Shown: positions 19,354 to 29,721, numbered from the stretch's first letter. The stretch is DNA of 64,000 nucleotides from an uncultured delta proteobacterium (GCA_963745025.1 CAVUWD010000016.1:672001-736000); one strand, 5' to 3'. Numbers and translations are program-made. The notes: generated by a model not told the origin, from the sequence alone.

Positions 19354-20677
19354 TTAATCCCGCGCAGGCACGGGCGCGAGCGCGCCCTGCTGCGGAGCGT
19401 TTTCCTCCGTCCGGATCAACCGGGTTGCCGTCCGGGCCAGAGCTTCCGCGGCGGTGTAACGTACCGCCGGCGCCTTCTCCTGGACCAGCTCGGTGAGCGG
19501 GTCGATGACTCTGCGGCTAGGTATCCGTCCCAGGGCCCACGCCACCTCGGCTCGCAAGATCGGGTTCTCGTCCATGCGCAGCATTGCGGTGAGCGCACCG
19601 ATCTCCCCGGCGCCGCCCGCGACGCCGACCACCTGCGCGGCCGCGAGCCTCACTCCCAGGTCGGAGACGGTGAGCCCGGCGAGCAAGACCTCGCGAGCGA
19701 TGGCGTAGTCCACGTGCTCGAGCGCCATCGCCGCGTGGCGCCGTGTGAAGCCGTCGTCGTCTTCCAGCGCCTGCCGGAGCCGCGGAAGGCCATCCTTGTT
19801 CCTGTACCGGCTGAGCGCCGCCGCAGCGGCGATCGTCACGTCGATCTCGGGATCGCGGAGCAGCTTCGTGAGCACGGGGACGATCCGCTCCTCCTTCGCG
19901 TAGCCGAGCGCCAGCGCCGCGGCGGCTCGGCCGGTGCCCGGAGCGCCTTCGAGCGCCACGAGCAGCAGCGGGACGCCGGAGCGGTCGCCGAGACGCAGGA
20001 GCGCCTGCGCGGCGGTGACTCGCTCGAACATCCGCGCGTCCTCGCGCGCGAGGACGCCCCGCACCGCGGGGACCGCCGAGGCGTCGCCGAGCAGCCCGAG
20101 ATCCTCGACCGCCTGCAGCCGCAGGCTCGGGTCGGCGTCTCGGACGGCCTGCGATCAGCAGATCGAACCCATCCCGGCTTGCGGCGCCCTTGAGCCCCTG
20201 GATGACGAGGACCCGCCCGAAGGTGTCCGACTCGGCGTAGATCCGCCGCAGGATGCGCAGGGCTTCGCCGCGCCCGATCTCACCGAGCCCCTCGATCGCG
20301 GCGCGGCGGACGCCCGGATCCGAGGACGCGACGCCATCCTCGAGAACGCCGGCTCCCGACCAGTCTCCCTGCCCCGCGAGCGCGCTGGCGGCGTAACAGC
20401 GTTCGTAGGGATCCTCGTCCTTCAGCCCCTCGCGCAGCACGCCCAGCGAGAACCCGCGCAAGGCGGTGAGCCCTTCCGGGGTGTCAAGCCGGAAGCGCGC
20501 TCGGAGGGCCGCAACGGCCTCATGGAGGTTTCCGTCCGCGACCGAGTGCGCGACGGTCAGCAGGCCCGGGACGCTTCCCGCAGACGGCGCGTTCTCGGAC
20601 AGCGGGGCAGCCGCCGAAAGCGCGAGGACGGCGGCGATCCCGCAGAGAGTCCTCCACATGGCGACGATCCCGGACAT
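19354..20677 (-). CDS. Secreted HEAT-repeat protein (one frameshift near 20155)
   Basis: Signal peptide, then repeated D..VRRAA..ALG units that continue across the two reading frames. Confidence 0.8.
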
Positions 20678-20701
20678 GGTTTCCGACGGTTGTACCCGCA
20701 T

Positions 20702-23092
20702 TCACTCAGCCAGAGCCCGGACGGTCGGTCGCTGGGCCTCAGGGGGTTCCTCGAGAGGCGACGCTTCGGTGGTCATGAAGCGCGGCCGCACGATCGAAAA
20801 GATCGCCGGAACTAGCGTGATGGCGGCGAGCCAGTGTGTCAGCATCAGAAGCGCGAGCAACATCGCCATCTCCGCCGAGAATCGCAAGCTGGACAAGAAG
20901 TACCACGGCATCACGCCCCCGACCAGCGTCGTCGCCGTGAACGTCACCGCCATCCCGGAGGTCGCGACGGCGCGTTTGATGGCCATGTCTGCATCCCCAA
21001 GGCGCCCGTACTCCCGCTTGATGCGGTCCACGACGTACAAGATGTAGTCTACGCCGATTCCCATGCCGACGGCGGTCACCGGCAGCGTGTTGATGTTCAT
21101 GCCGATGCCTTTCAGTCCGATGTATAGGAAGCTCACGACTCCGGCCGCGATGAGTGTCGTCATCACCATGTTGCCAGCCACGAACGACTGATAGCTCAGG
21201 CTCACCAACACGTAGATGGCGACGATGATGAGGATGGTGTTGACCCGATCGGAATGGGCGATTTCGTCGTTCAGTGCGGCGGTCGTCCCGATGGTCCCGC
21301 CACCGAGCCGGAAGTTGAGCCCATCCACAGGGTGCGTCGCGATGAAGGCCTTGGCACGTGCCACCGCGTTCTCGATCGTCACCCCGCGCGCGTCCTTGTA
21401 GAAAATGACCAGCTGGCCATCTTTTGCGTCGAAGTCCATGTACTCGAGGATCACGCCGGGCACCGGGGCTCCGGCCTCGTACATGAAGATCATGTTTCCC
21501 ACGCCCGCGGCATCCGGCGGAATCACCTGCCACTTGGGATCGTTGTAGTGATACAGGCGGTTGACGGACCTGACTAGCGAGGGCGCATCGCGCGTCCCCC
21601 CAGCCTCGGGTTGCTCCAACATGTAACGGCGGAAACTCTCGAGCGTCTCGAGGACGACAGGCTCCTTCAACACGTTCGAGCGACCGCCTTCGAGGTAGAT
21701 GACGAACTGGTTCGCGCCGGCAAAGTTGGCGTTGATGTTGCGGGTGGAGATGTTGAAATGCGAGTTCGGCCACAGCAGCGGCGAGCCGGCCTCCGTCTCT
21801 CCGATCTGAACGTGCACCGCCTGCTGAAGGCCGAGCGCCACGATTACCGCCGCCGTCACGACGATGACCCACCGGTAGGTCCGATGCGTACAGAATTCCC
21901 CCACGCCATGCAGAAAGGAGACCATCCACCGCGGGACGTAGTGCTTGGTCACATGCGGAGTTGGCAGGGTATTCAAGAGCAGCGGCATCAACATGAGAAT
22001 CGTGAAGATATTCGAAAAGCCCCAAAAGGAGCCGAAGAAAGCCAGCTTGCGAATTAGGGGGATCGTCGCCACGCTGAGCACCAGGATCCCGGCAGCATCG
22101 GCCAGGACCCCGATGACGCCGGGAATGACGAGCTCGGTAAACGCTCGCTCTATGGCGAGATGGCGGTCGCCGCCCGTGTTCTCGAGCTCCTCGAAGTAAC
22201 GCTCGATCATCTGCACGGCGTGACTCGCGGCGCGCGCCGAGATGAGAAGGGGGATCACCAGAATGAGCGGGTCGAGGTTGTATCCGAGGACCGCCGTGAA
22301 ACCGAGGCCCCAGATCGCCTGCACGCAAGTGCCGATGACCGGCAGGATCCAACCGTAAAGGCGCCGGAAGTAAACCACCAGGGTGACGAACACGAAGAGG
22401 CCGGTCGCGGTGAAGATCAGAGCGAGCTCGCCCGTGTGGAACCATACCCACCCCTTGAGAACGGGCTCGCCAGAGGCGTACAAGACGGTGTTCTCGTCCT
22501 CGACCTTCTGCTTGATCTTCATGATCTCGCGGTGGATGTTGCGGTAGTCGAGGCGCTCCTCGTTGAAGCCGGCGAGGATCAGTGCGGACTTCCCGTCCGC
22601 CGCGATGTATTTCCCGTAGACGATGTCGTTGTTGAACATTGCCTCCTTGAGCCGCAGGAGTTCCTTCGGGTCGGGTGTAATGTCCTCGGGGAGGACGGGC
22701 CGTGAGACGATCAGACCCCCCGAGCCAGTCTCGAGCCTGCGGATCTTCACGTGGGCGATCGAGGCGACCTGATAATGGTTCACGCCGTCGATCTGGTCGA
22801 CCGCCTCGGTCACGTAGCGGATCTTCTGCAGGGTCTGCGCATTGAAGATGTCGCCTTGCTTGACCGCGACCGCGAGCACCACCACGTTCGCACCACCGAA
22901 AGTCTGGCGGAAATGGTTGTAGGCCTTGATGTAGGGGTGTCCTTGCGGAAGCAGGTCGGCGAACTGGCTGTACATCTCGACCTTGCGCGCGTGGTAGCCG
23001 AAGAAGATGGTGATCATGAGGATCGCGCTGAGCGAGATCCAGGAATGCCGCAGGACCCACCGGGCAGCCGCTACGAGAAATCGTTCAAGCAC
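20702..23092 (-). CDS. MMPL/RND-family inner-membrane transporter
   Basis: Two periplasmic loops plus hydrophobic repeats; GMGIGVDY and TSGMAVTFTATTL. Confidence 0.9.
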   Translation of the reverse strand: MLERFLVAAARWVLRHSWISLSAILMITIFFGYHARKVEMYSQFADLLPQGHPYIKAYNHFRQTFGGANVVVLAVAVKQGDIFNAQTLQKIRYVTEAVDQIDGVNHYQVASIAHVKIRRLETGSGGLIVSRPVLPEDITPDPKELLRLKEAMFNNDIVYGKYIAADGKSALILAGFNEERLDYRNIHREIMKIKQKVEDENTVLYASGEPVLKGWVWFHTGELALIFTATGLFVFVTLVVYFRRLYGWILPVIGTCVQAIWGLGFTAVLGYNLDPLILVIPLLISARAASHAVQMIERYFEELENTGGDRHLAIERAFTELVIPGVIGVLADAAGILVLSVATIPLIRKLAFFGSFWGFSNIFTILMLMPLLLNTLPTPHVTKHYVPRWMVSFLHGVGEFCTHRTYRWVIVVTAAVIVALGLQQAVHVQIGETEAGSPLLWPNSHFNISTRNINANFAGANQFVIYLEGGRSNVLKEPVVLETLESFRRYMLEQPEAGGTRDAPSLVRSVNRLYHYNDPKWQVIPPDAAGVGNMIFMYEAGAPVPGVILEYMDFDAKDGQLVIFYKDARGVTIENAVARAKAFIATHPVDGLNFRLGGGTIGTTAALNDEIAHSDRVNTILIIVAIYVLVSLSYQSFVAGNMVMTTLIAAGVVSFLYIGLKGIGMNINTLPVTAVGMGIGVDYILYVVDRIKREYGRLGDADMAIKRAVATSGMAVTFTATTLVGGVMPWYFLSSLRFSAEMAMLLALLMLTHWLAAITLVPAIFSIVRPRFMTTEASPLEEPPEAQRPTVRALAE

Positions 23093-23118
23093 GGGTCACC
23101 TCGGCTCGAGCCGGATCT

Positions 23119-24306
23119 TCAGGAAGAGCTCCCGGGCAAGGCCGCCGCGAGACGCTCGCGCGGCAGGCTTTCCCAGGTTTCTCCGCGGTCGCGGGAGAGG
23201 AGCACCGCGGCCTTGCCGCCGACGGCGACGCCGAGCGCCCCATCCGCCGAGAAATCCGCGCCGCGGATCCACGTGAAGAGTCTGTGGGAGATCTCCTCGT
23301 CGGCAACCCAGCCCTCTGCGCGATGGTGCACGACCGTACCGAGCACTCCGGTGGCGATCAGGCCGCCGATCGGCGTTGGGAGGACCTTGAAGAGAGTGTT
23401 CCGCGTGCCGGCGCGCGCCGCCGTCCAGTGGTGGCCGCGATCGACGGTCGTCAGCACGAAGCCGCCGGCGCCCACCACGTAGCCCGCGTCGGGCGTGACG
23501 AAGGCGGCGTCGAAGAGGTAGAGGTCTTCCTTGCTGAGCGGAGGGATGCCTACGCGCAGCGCGACCTCCTCGGTGACATCCTCGACGTAGGGAGGCAGCC
23601 CCGTGATCTCTTCGTCCCGCTGCCACGTCTCGCCCCCGTCCCCGGTGTGCAGTATCGTCCCGAACTCCCCTACGACCCATCCCTCCTGGTCGTCGACGAA
23701 CGTCACCGCGTTCAGGGTCACGTCCTTGCTGAGGGACCGGTCCTCCCAGGTGACGCCGTCGTCCGTCGAGCGCAGCAGCATCCCCACCGGCCCCACGGCC
23801 CAGATCCGGCGGGGATCGCGGCTCCGCGCGAAGCCAAGGACGTTCTCCTTCACGCTGCCCGGGGCCACCGGCGACCAAGATCGCCCGCCGTCGGTGGTGC
23901 GGAGGATGAGGCCGCCGCGCCCGCCGATCACGCCGGTCGACGGGTCGCGGAAGCTCACGCAGAAGAGCGGCTCGCGGACGGCAGGTGCGCGGAGCTCGGC
24001 CTTGCGGCCCCGCTCGCCGAGCAGGATCGCGGCCCCGTACGAGCCGACGATCCACACGTGGTCAGCGTCGACGACGTCGACCGCGTAGTAGTCCTCCTCC
24101 GCGGGTAGGATCCCGCCTTCCACGGCGGTACGGCTTGATGCCGACGGCGGCGCCTCGGCGGCGAAATGCAACTTGGCGTAGGTGGTCCCGACCAGTAGCG
24201 CGACGACGGCGAGCCCGGTAGGTCCGCGCGGAGACTTGCGTGCCCTGCCGGCCGCGCGTGAGTCGCGCGGCCGGGTTTCGAGAGGTGGTCGATTTGGAGT
24301 GGACAC
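23119..24306 (-). CDS. YCF48/BNR-repeat beta-propeller protein
   Basis: Repeated RTTDGGRSW, STDDGVTW, HTGDGGETW and SRDRGETW motifs. Confidence 0.88.
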   Translation of the reverse strand: MSTPNRPPLETRPRDSRAAGRARKSPRGPTGLAVVALLVGTTYAKLHFAAEAPPSASSRTAVEGGILPAEEDYYAVDVVDADHVWIVGSYGAAILLGERGRKAELRAPAVREPLFCVSFRDPSTGVIGGRGGLILRTTDGGRSWSPVAPGSVKENVLGFARSRDPRRIWAVGPVGMLLRSTDDGVTWEDRSLSKDVTLNAVTFVDDQEGWVVGEFGTILHTGDGGETWQRDEEITGLPPYVEDVTEEVALRVGIPPLSKEDLYLFDAAFVTPDAGYVVGAGGFVLTTVDRGHHWTAARAGTRNTLFKVLPTPIGGLIATGVLGTVVHHRAEGWVADEEISHRLFTWIRGADFSADGALGVAVGGKAAVLLSRDRGETWESLPRERLAAALPGSSS

Positions 24307-24329
24307 TTCTCGTGCTTTAGGGCGAGCTG

Positions 24330-26375
24330 CTAGAACCGGTACCGCGCCCTTGCCCAGAACTCGTCCATCTGGTTGCGCTCGGAGCCGCCGGCCTGCATGT
24401 GACCGATGCCGAAGCCTGTCTCGGTGAACGGAATGTGGTTCAGGGGATTGGCGGCCAGCTGGGCCGCTGGCGTGTTAGTGGTGAAGAGGGAGAAGGGACC
24501 GATGTCGTGCACTTGGCGCGAGCCGAGGAACCCGGTGATTCCGAGCTGCAGGGACATGTGGTTGTTGACCAGGTACTCGAGGTTGCCGCCGAGGGTGGCG
24601 TCCTTGCCGGTCAGGCCGTACGCGCCGAAGATGAGGGCGACGAGCTGATCCTGCATATACTGGGTCTGCGCGAAAGACGTGAAGATGAAGTTGTTGTTGT
24701 CTCCGCCCGTGTACCCGAAGCGCCCGGACTTCACGTCGGGCACGTGGGTCCCAAAGACCTGGGCGCTCAGGAAGAAGCTCCGCAGAGGATTCAGCGCGCG
24801 GATCATCGTCGGCCGATCGACGCCCATCACCCAGCGCACGATGTTCGAGCTGTTCAGCCAGTTCTTCTGCGTCGTGTCGGTGACCAGGGCGTTCGCCGTC
24901 CACGAGTTCTCACTGCGGATGACGAGGCCCGTGTTCGGCTCGAACCAGTCGAACGAGATTCCGAGTGTGTTCTGCTTCCGATACCGGGCCGTGAGCTCGC
25001 CGGTCAGGGCGCACATGTCTATGTACCGGGCCTGCTTGAGCGCGTTGGGCTCGTTGGCGACGATAGGTGCGGCCGCCATGTTGATCGCGTTCGGATTGAC
25101 GTGGACCCGCACGGGAAGCGGAACGCCCGTGGCGGCGGGATTCGTCAGGGTCGTGTGCCCGCCGGCCCCGTCCACGCCCGGCGCAGGCAGCACCTCGTTG
25201 CAGCCCGGGAGGTCCAGGACGTGAAACTGGCTCCAGCCGAAGGCGGGCACGTCCTGGAAGGCGAACCAATCCGTCAGCTGAACGCGGACGTTGCCGAACA
25301 GCCACGCCCACTTCGAGCCGACGCCCGTGTTCTTGAGGTTCCAGTCCGGCCTCCGGTCGAAGGTGAGCGCCGCGTTGACCGAGTTGACGGGCTCGTTCGA
25401 GAAGATGGCATTGCCGAAGTCGTTGGAGCCGAACGCGAAGGAGCCGAGCTCGCGGCCGAAGCCGATCGCCCAGGGCTGGCCTCCGTTCCCGAACCCCAGC
25501 GAAGTGTAGCGGTCGAACACCCAGACCGCGCTGCCTGCGAGCTGTTTGAACACGCCGACGTCGCCGAAGCGGTGCTCGAACAGCGCCGACCACAGCGGGA
25601 CCCGCGTGTCGTCGAACGGGTCGATGAAGAAGTGATCGGCGAAGTTGACCGGGTTGACGACGTCCTGGAGACGGAAGAAGTCCGCCTTGCCCCACACGTG
25701 CTGCTGCTTCCCCAGCCGGAGCCAGTTCAGCCCGCCGGCGGCGTCGAAGTACATGTCGACGTAGGTCTCGCGGATCGGGTAGTAGAGGTCCGCGTTGGTT
25801 GCATGGAGCCTTCCCCAACGCAGGTCGCTCCCGCTCGCGTCGAGGTCGATCCACGCGCCCTTTTGCGTCTGGGGGTTGAGGAATCTTACGTCCGGGCTTC
25901 TCGGGCTCGGTATGCGGAGGTTGCTCTTCGCGTAGATCTCCTCGAAGTCGTGAGTATTGTAGCCGAATGCGTTGAGGAGATCGGCGGTGCCACCAACGCC
26001 AGGAGTGGGCGGTACGCCGCGTCCCGATGTCGCGCGTCCCGGATCGCCGTAGCGTCCGCTCACGTCGTAGATCGACTCGTACTCGGGCCTGAGCTCCATG
26101 AAGTACTCGAGGCGGTTGAAAAAACCGCCGTCTGGGATCGGACCGCTGAACTGCAGGCTCGCCCGGTACCGAGAGGAGGCGGCGTGATAGTCATCCTTGA
26201 ACGTGTCGGAGCGGAGGATCGTGAAGTTGTCCAGGTACCCGTGTGTGTGGGTCTGGAAGTAGTCCAACACTCCCTGCGCACGGACGACACTGGGTGAGAG
26301 AAGCAGTAACCAGACCGCAGCGATCCGCGCGGCTGTCGATGCTCCTCTCGCAAGCGACTTTACGCGGTGGGCCAT
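24330..26375 (-). CDS. DUF1302-like outer-membrane beta-barrel protein
   Basis: Signal peptide; LRLGKQQHVWGKADFFRLQDVVNPV; C-terminal ARYRF beta-signal; first gene of the YCF48/MMPL/DUF1329 operon. Confidence 0.78.
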   Translation of the reverse strand: MAHRVKSLARGASTAARIAAVWLLLLSPSVVRAQGVLDYFQTHTHGYLDNFTILRSDTFKDDYHAASSRYRASLQFSGPIPDGGFFNRLEYFMELRPEYESIYDVSGRYGDPGRATSGRGVPPTPGVGGTADLLNAFGYNTHDFEEIYAKSNLRIPSPRSPDVRFLNPQTQKGAWIDLDASGSDLRWGRLHATNADLYYPIRETYVDMYFDAAGGLNWLRLGKQQHVWGKADFFRLQDVVNPVNFADHFFIDPFDDTRVPLWSALFEHRFGDVGVFKQLAGSAVWVFDRYTSLGFGNGGQPWAIGFGRELGSFAFGSNDFGNAIFSNEPVNSVNAALTFDRRPDWNLKNTGVGSKWAWLFGNVRVQLTDWFAFQDVPAFGWSQFHVLDLPGCNEVLPAPGVDGAGGHTTLTNPAATGVPLPVRVHVNPNAINMAAAPIVANEPNALKQARYIDMCALTGELTARYRKQNTLGISFDWFEPNTGLVIRSENSWTANALVTDTTQKNWLNSSNIVRWVMGVDRPTMIRALNPLRSFFLSAQVFGTHVPDVKSGRFGYTGGDNNNFIFTSFAQTQYMQDQLVALIFGAYGLTGKDATLGGNLEYLVNNHMSLQLGITGFLGSRQVHDIGPFSLFTTNTPAAQLAANPLNHIPFTETGFGIGHMQAGGSERNQMDEFWARARYRF

Positions 26376-26425
26376 TTCGGGTCCCTCCTTCCCATCTAGC
26401 ACCGAGTCATCCGGGTATATTGAAC

Positions 26426-26441
26426 AGCAAAGCGTGTGCCG
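26426..26441 (-). promoter_or_regulatory. Sigma54 -24/-12 promoter of the DUF1302 operon
   Basis: Minus strand CGGCACACGCTTTGCT is near consensus. Confidence 0.75.
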
Positions 26442-26472
26442 TCGTCGATCTGCATTATTCTGAACACAGATT

Positions 26473-26485
26473 CAATTCATTGATT
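26473..26485 (-). promoter_or_regulatory. IHF-binding site
   Basis: Minus strand AATCAATGAATTG matches WATCAANNNNTTR exactly and lies between the promoter and the UAS pair. Confidence 0.65.
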
Positions 26486-26492
26486 TAAAAAA

Positions 26493-26527
26493 TGCGGCAG
26501 GATGCAACGGCGTGGAAGATTGCCACA
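26493..26527. promoter_or_regulatory. Tandem putative UAS sites
   Basis: TGCGGC-AGGAT-GCAACG and CGTGGA-AGATT-GCCACA, variants of TGTGGC-N5-GCCACA. Confidence 0.5.
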
Positions 26528-26550
26528 GTCGATTCTTTGTATTTCCAACA

Positions 26551-28557
26551 TTACTCTGGCCGGCCATTACCGGATGATCTGAAACGGCGAAGCCTCCGAT
26601 AAATCGTTGAGCGGTCGATGCTGAGCTGTCGCGCCGCTTCCGAGATATTCCCGCCGTGCGCTTCGACGGAGCGGCGGATCAGGTCGTCCTCGATCGTGTG
26701 CAGTGAGCACTCTGGTAACGGGCTTACCAATTCCGGCCCGTCACGGAGCGTCGTCGGCAGGTCCTCGACCGTGACCACGTCGTCGTCGACGAGGGCCACT
26801 AAGCGGGCGACCACGTTACGCAGCTCGCGCACGTTGCCCGGCCAAGAGTATCTCAGCAACAAATCCTCGATCTCGGGCGTCAGGCGCAGCGCGGTTCGCC
26901 CGCTCTGCTGGCACATCGTCTCGATGAACGAGCGGGTGAGCTCGAGAATGTCGGTGCCCCGCGTCCGCAGGGGAGGAAGCTCGATCTTGATCACGTCGAG
27001 CCGATAGAAGAGGTCCGAGCGGAATCCCCCCGTCGCCAGCGCATGGACCAGGTCACGGTTCGTGGCCGCGACGATGCGCACGTCGATTGGCCGCGGCCGG
27101 CTGCCTCCCACGCGGAACACGGTGCCCTCTTCGAGGACCCGCAGCAGCTTCGCTTGGACGTCGAGCGGAAGCTCGCCGACCTCGTCCAGGAAGAGCGTTC
27201 CCCCGTCAGCAAGTTCGAAGCGGCCCGGCTTGCCCTCCTTGCGCGCGCCCGTGAACGCCCCGGGCTCGTAGCCGAACAGCTCCGACTCGATGAGCTCTCG
27301 GGCCATGGCCGCGCAGTTGACGCACACGAGAGGCTTGCTCGCACGGCGGCTGCTGCGGTGAATGGCCGCCGCGACGAGTTCCTTCCCGGTCCCCGTAGCG
27401 CCGGTGATCAGCACCGATTCGTCCGAGGCGGCCGCTCGTGCCGCGATGCGAAGCGTCCTGCGAAACTCGGGATCGCGACCGATCAGGTGCTCGAACGCGG
27501 GGCCGAGCTTGGGATCCCCGGCCGCCGAGGTGGAGAAGACGCCGTGACGCTCGAGAACGACGACGAGACCGGCGACCCGGTTTCCCGCCTGCACGCTGTT
27601 CACGACCACGACTCGAGCCTCTGCGACCGGCAGGTGGACGCGGACCTCCTGCTTCAACGAGGGGCTCTTCAGAAACTCGGCGATCGCCTGTTCCCGGATC
27701 CGCAGGCAGCCATCCGCACCGAGCCGCTTCTCCACTTCCCGCCAGCGGCCGTTCGCGGCGACGAGGTGGCCCGCGGAATCGAAAGCGGCAATGGCGTCGA
27801 GCGGCCAGCGGCTCTCGGCGCGATCATACGCATCCGACACCCGCTCCCTCCAGTACCGTCGGGATTCCGTCAGCAGATACTCGATCGAGTGGCCGACCGA
27901 GACGGCGAGCGGCATCCGGTCTGCCGTCGCGCGCTCGGCGAGTCCCGCGACAGTGATGACCCCGAGCACCTCCGTGCTCAGTGGGTCTCTGACGGGAGCG
28001 CCGTAGCAGACCCATTCGTGCCAGCCCTTACAGAAGTGCTCGGCTCCGAACACCACGACCGGCGTCCGGGAGGAGAGCGCCGTCCCCGCTCCGTTCGGAC
28101 CGACGGCTTCCTCCGCCCATACTCCTCCCGGTTGCGCGTTGATCCGGCAGAGAGCGTCTTCCACCTCACGGTCGCCCACCACGTGCAGGATTCGTCCGCC
28201 CGCATCCGAGAGCAGGAGCACGTGCCCGCCACCGGCAAGCACGTCCTTCATGTCGTCGAACACGCGCCGCCCCGCCAGCGCGAAGTCGTCTTCCTCGAGA
28301 ACGCGACTGAGCTCGTCTGTCGCACGATCGACCGGCGCTCGCTCGAGAAAGGGATCGATGCCGCGCTGGAGCGCGGCTCGCCAGCAATCGAGAGTGAAGG
28401 CGCGAACGGGGAGCGATTCGGGGACGACGCCGTCCGCAACGAAGCGCTCCCATCCTTCCCGAAGGAGCTTACAGATTGCGGAGGCCTCGGCCGCCGGAGG
28501 CACTCTGAATGTCGGGAATTGCTTCAGCACATCACGAACGCTTGCGTTCGCCATCAT
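26551..28557 (-). CDS. Sigma54-dependent transcriptional activator, GAF-AAA+-Fis HTH (AcoR-like)
   Basis: GAF motif W.E..VGPNGAGTAL; Walker A GATGTGKE; ESELFGY..GAFTGA; LFLDEVGE; WPGNVREL; C-terminal HTH. Confidence 0.95.
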   Translation of the reverse strand: MMANASVRDVLKQFPTFRVPPAAEASAICKLLREGWERFVADGVVPESLPVRAFTLDCWRAALQRGIDPFLERAPVDRATDELSRVLEEDDFALAGRRVFDDMKDVLAGGGHVLLLSDAGGRILHVVGDREVEDALCRINAQPGGVWAEEAVGPNGAGTALSSRTPVVVFGAEHFCKGWHEWVCYGAPVRDPLSTEVLGVITVAGLAERATADRMPLAVSVGHSIEYLLTESRRYWRERVSDAYDRAESRWPLDAIAAFDSAGHLVAANGRWREVEKRLGADGCLRIREQAIAEFLKSPSLKQEVRVHLPVAEARVVVVNSVQAGNRVAGLVVVLERHGVFSTSAAGDPKLGPAFEHLIGRDPEFRRTLRIAARAAASDESVLITGATGTGKELVAAAIHRSSRRASKPLVCVNCAAMARELIESELFGYEPGAFTGARKEGKPGRFELADGGTLFLDEVGELPLDVQAKLLRVLEEGTVFRVGGSRPRPIDVRIVAATNRDLVHALATGGFRSDLFYRLDVIKIELPPLRTRGTDILELTRSFIETMCQQSGRTALRLTPEIEDLLLRYSWPGNVRELRNVVARLVALVDDDVVTVEDLPTTLRDGPELVSPLPECSLHTIEDDLIRRSVEAHGGNISEAARQLSIDRSTIYRRLRRFRSSGNGRPE

Positions 28558-28673
28558 GCTTGTATCCCGGACTTACGTCCGGAGGTGAAATCAAAATCAG
28601 TGAGCATCTGTCAAGGATGTGGCGGATGCCACGATTCGGCAAAATGCGGAATCTGGCCTGCGAGCTCTCTCGA

Positions 28674-28689
28674 TGGCACTCACCCTGCA
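28674..28689 (+). promoter_or_regulatory. Sigma54 -24/-12 promoter
   Basis: TGGCACTCACCCTGCA; a palindrome TGTGGC-N4-GCCACG lies about 40 bp upstream (28618-28633). Confidence 0.6.
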
Positions 28690-28702
28690 TCCAATAGGGA
28701 GT

Positions 28703-29479
28703 ATGCGTCCTCACCTCGCGGCAATGAGCGCCCGCTTGGTCATCATGCTCGCCCTGGCTTCGTGCGCGAGCCCCCTCGCCGATTACAGCGGCTACGTGGC
28801 CCCTCGCGCGTACGCGATCGACTGCGAGGCGGGGTGGCAGCACGCGGGGACCGCGCTCAGGACGAACGGCTTCGTGATCGTCGAGGTGCGGCGAGAGGCG
28901 TCGGGAGGGGTCGTGGTGGGGAAGCGGGGCTCCGAGACGATGACGATGGCGGTGTCTTGCGAGGCGGACGGTGTCCACGTGACGCCGTCCGGCCTCACCC
29001 CTTTCGCGCGGAACGGGATGCTGATCGCCTTCGAGCGCGTCATGGAGACGGCCCGCATCGAGCGGCCGCCCATGGGCATGGAGGTGAGCGCCGAACTCAT
29101 CACCGGGCCGGAGAGCGCGCTCTACTTTTCGAGCGGCCTCGGCGCCTCCTCGACGGTCGCCGTTCGCTTCCGCATCGCCAACGGCGGCTCCCGGCCCCTG
29201 AGGCTCCTCACGCAGAACATCCGGCTGCGCACGCCATCCGGAGCGTGGGGAACCGCCCTCGGCCGCGACGAGATCCAGCGGCGCCTGCCGGGGCTCGCGA
29301 CAGAGATCCTGCCTCGTTTGCTGACTTCGGCGGTTCTCGAGACGGGGAAGCAGGCCGAGGGCTTCCTGATCTTTCCTGAAGATCGCTACGAGGGCGCCGT
29401 AATCGGGCTGATCGACGTCGAGACTGAAGAGCCCGAGGAATTCGACGTTACTTTTCATCTTGATAATGTCGGCTCATAG
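28703..29479 (+). CDS. Hypothetical lipoprotein
   Basis: Lipobox-like MLALASC; coding-like codon usage; start 28703 or 28724. Confidence 0.65.
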   Translation: MRPHLAAMSARLVIMLALASCASPLADYSGYVAPRAYAIDCEAGWQHAGTALRTNGFVIVEVRREASGGVVVGKRGSETMTMAVSCEADGVHVTPSGLTPFARNGMLIAFERVMETARIERPPMGMEVSAELITGPESALYFSSGLGASSTVAVRFRIANGGSRPLRLLTQNIRLRTPSGAWGTALGRDEIQRRLPGLATEILPRLLTSAVLETGKQAEGFLIFPEDRYEGAVIGLIDVETEEPEEFDVTFHLDNVGS

Positions 29480-29510
29480 GAATCCGTCCTCGAATGCCGA
29501 ATCATAATTA

Positions 29511-29547
29511 AGTGGCGTTTCGCAACAGTCTGTGGCTCCTGGCCACA
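29511..29547. promoter_or_regulatory. Tandem putative UAS sites
   Basis: AGTGGC-GTTTC-GCAACA and a perfect TGTGGC-TCCTG-GCCACA. Confidence 0.55.
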
Positions 29548-29590
29548 AAAAGAAATCATCGCCCATTTGTTCTATGGACACTTTTGTACA

Positions 29591-29606
29591 TGGCATACAT
29601 CGTGCG
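29591..29606 (+). promoter_or_regulatory. Sigma54 -24/-12 promoter
   Basis: TGGCATACATCGTGCG in an AT-rich intergenic region upstream of the LLM gene. Confidence 0.65.
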
Positions 29607-29721
29607 TTTAGTTTTCGACCTCTAGTCCTATGTGACAGGACGCATGAGCCGGATCTGACATGAAAACCCACTTACGGAAGATCTCGTTGAACCGACGAGG
29701 AGGAACACGAGGAGAAACACA

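Noticed and set aside
20739-23060. Long alternative-frame or antisense ORFs (e.g. 20739-23060, 27043-29379, 34272-36542, 46802-49048, 60579-62453)
   Set aside because: Arg/Pro/Gly-rich shadows of real genes, expected in high-GC DNA; no domain motifs.
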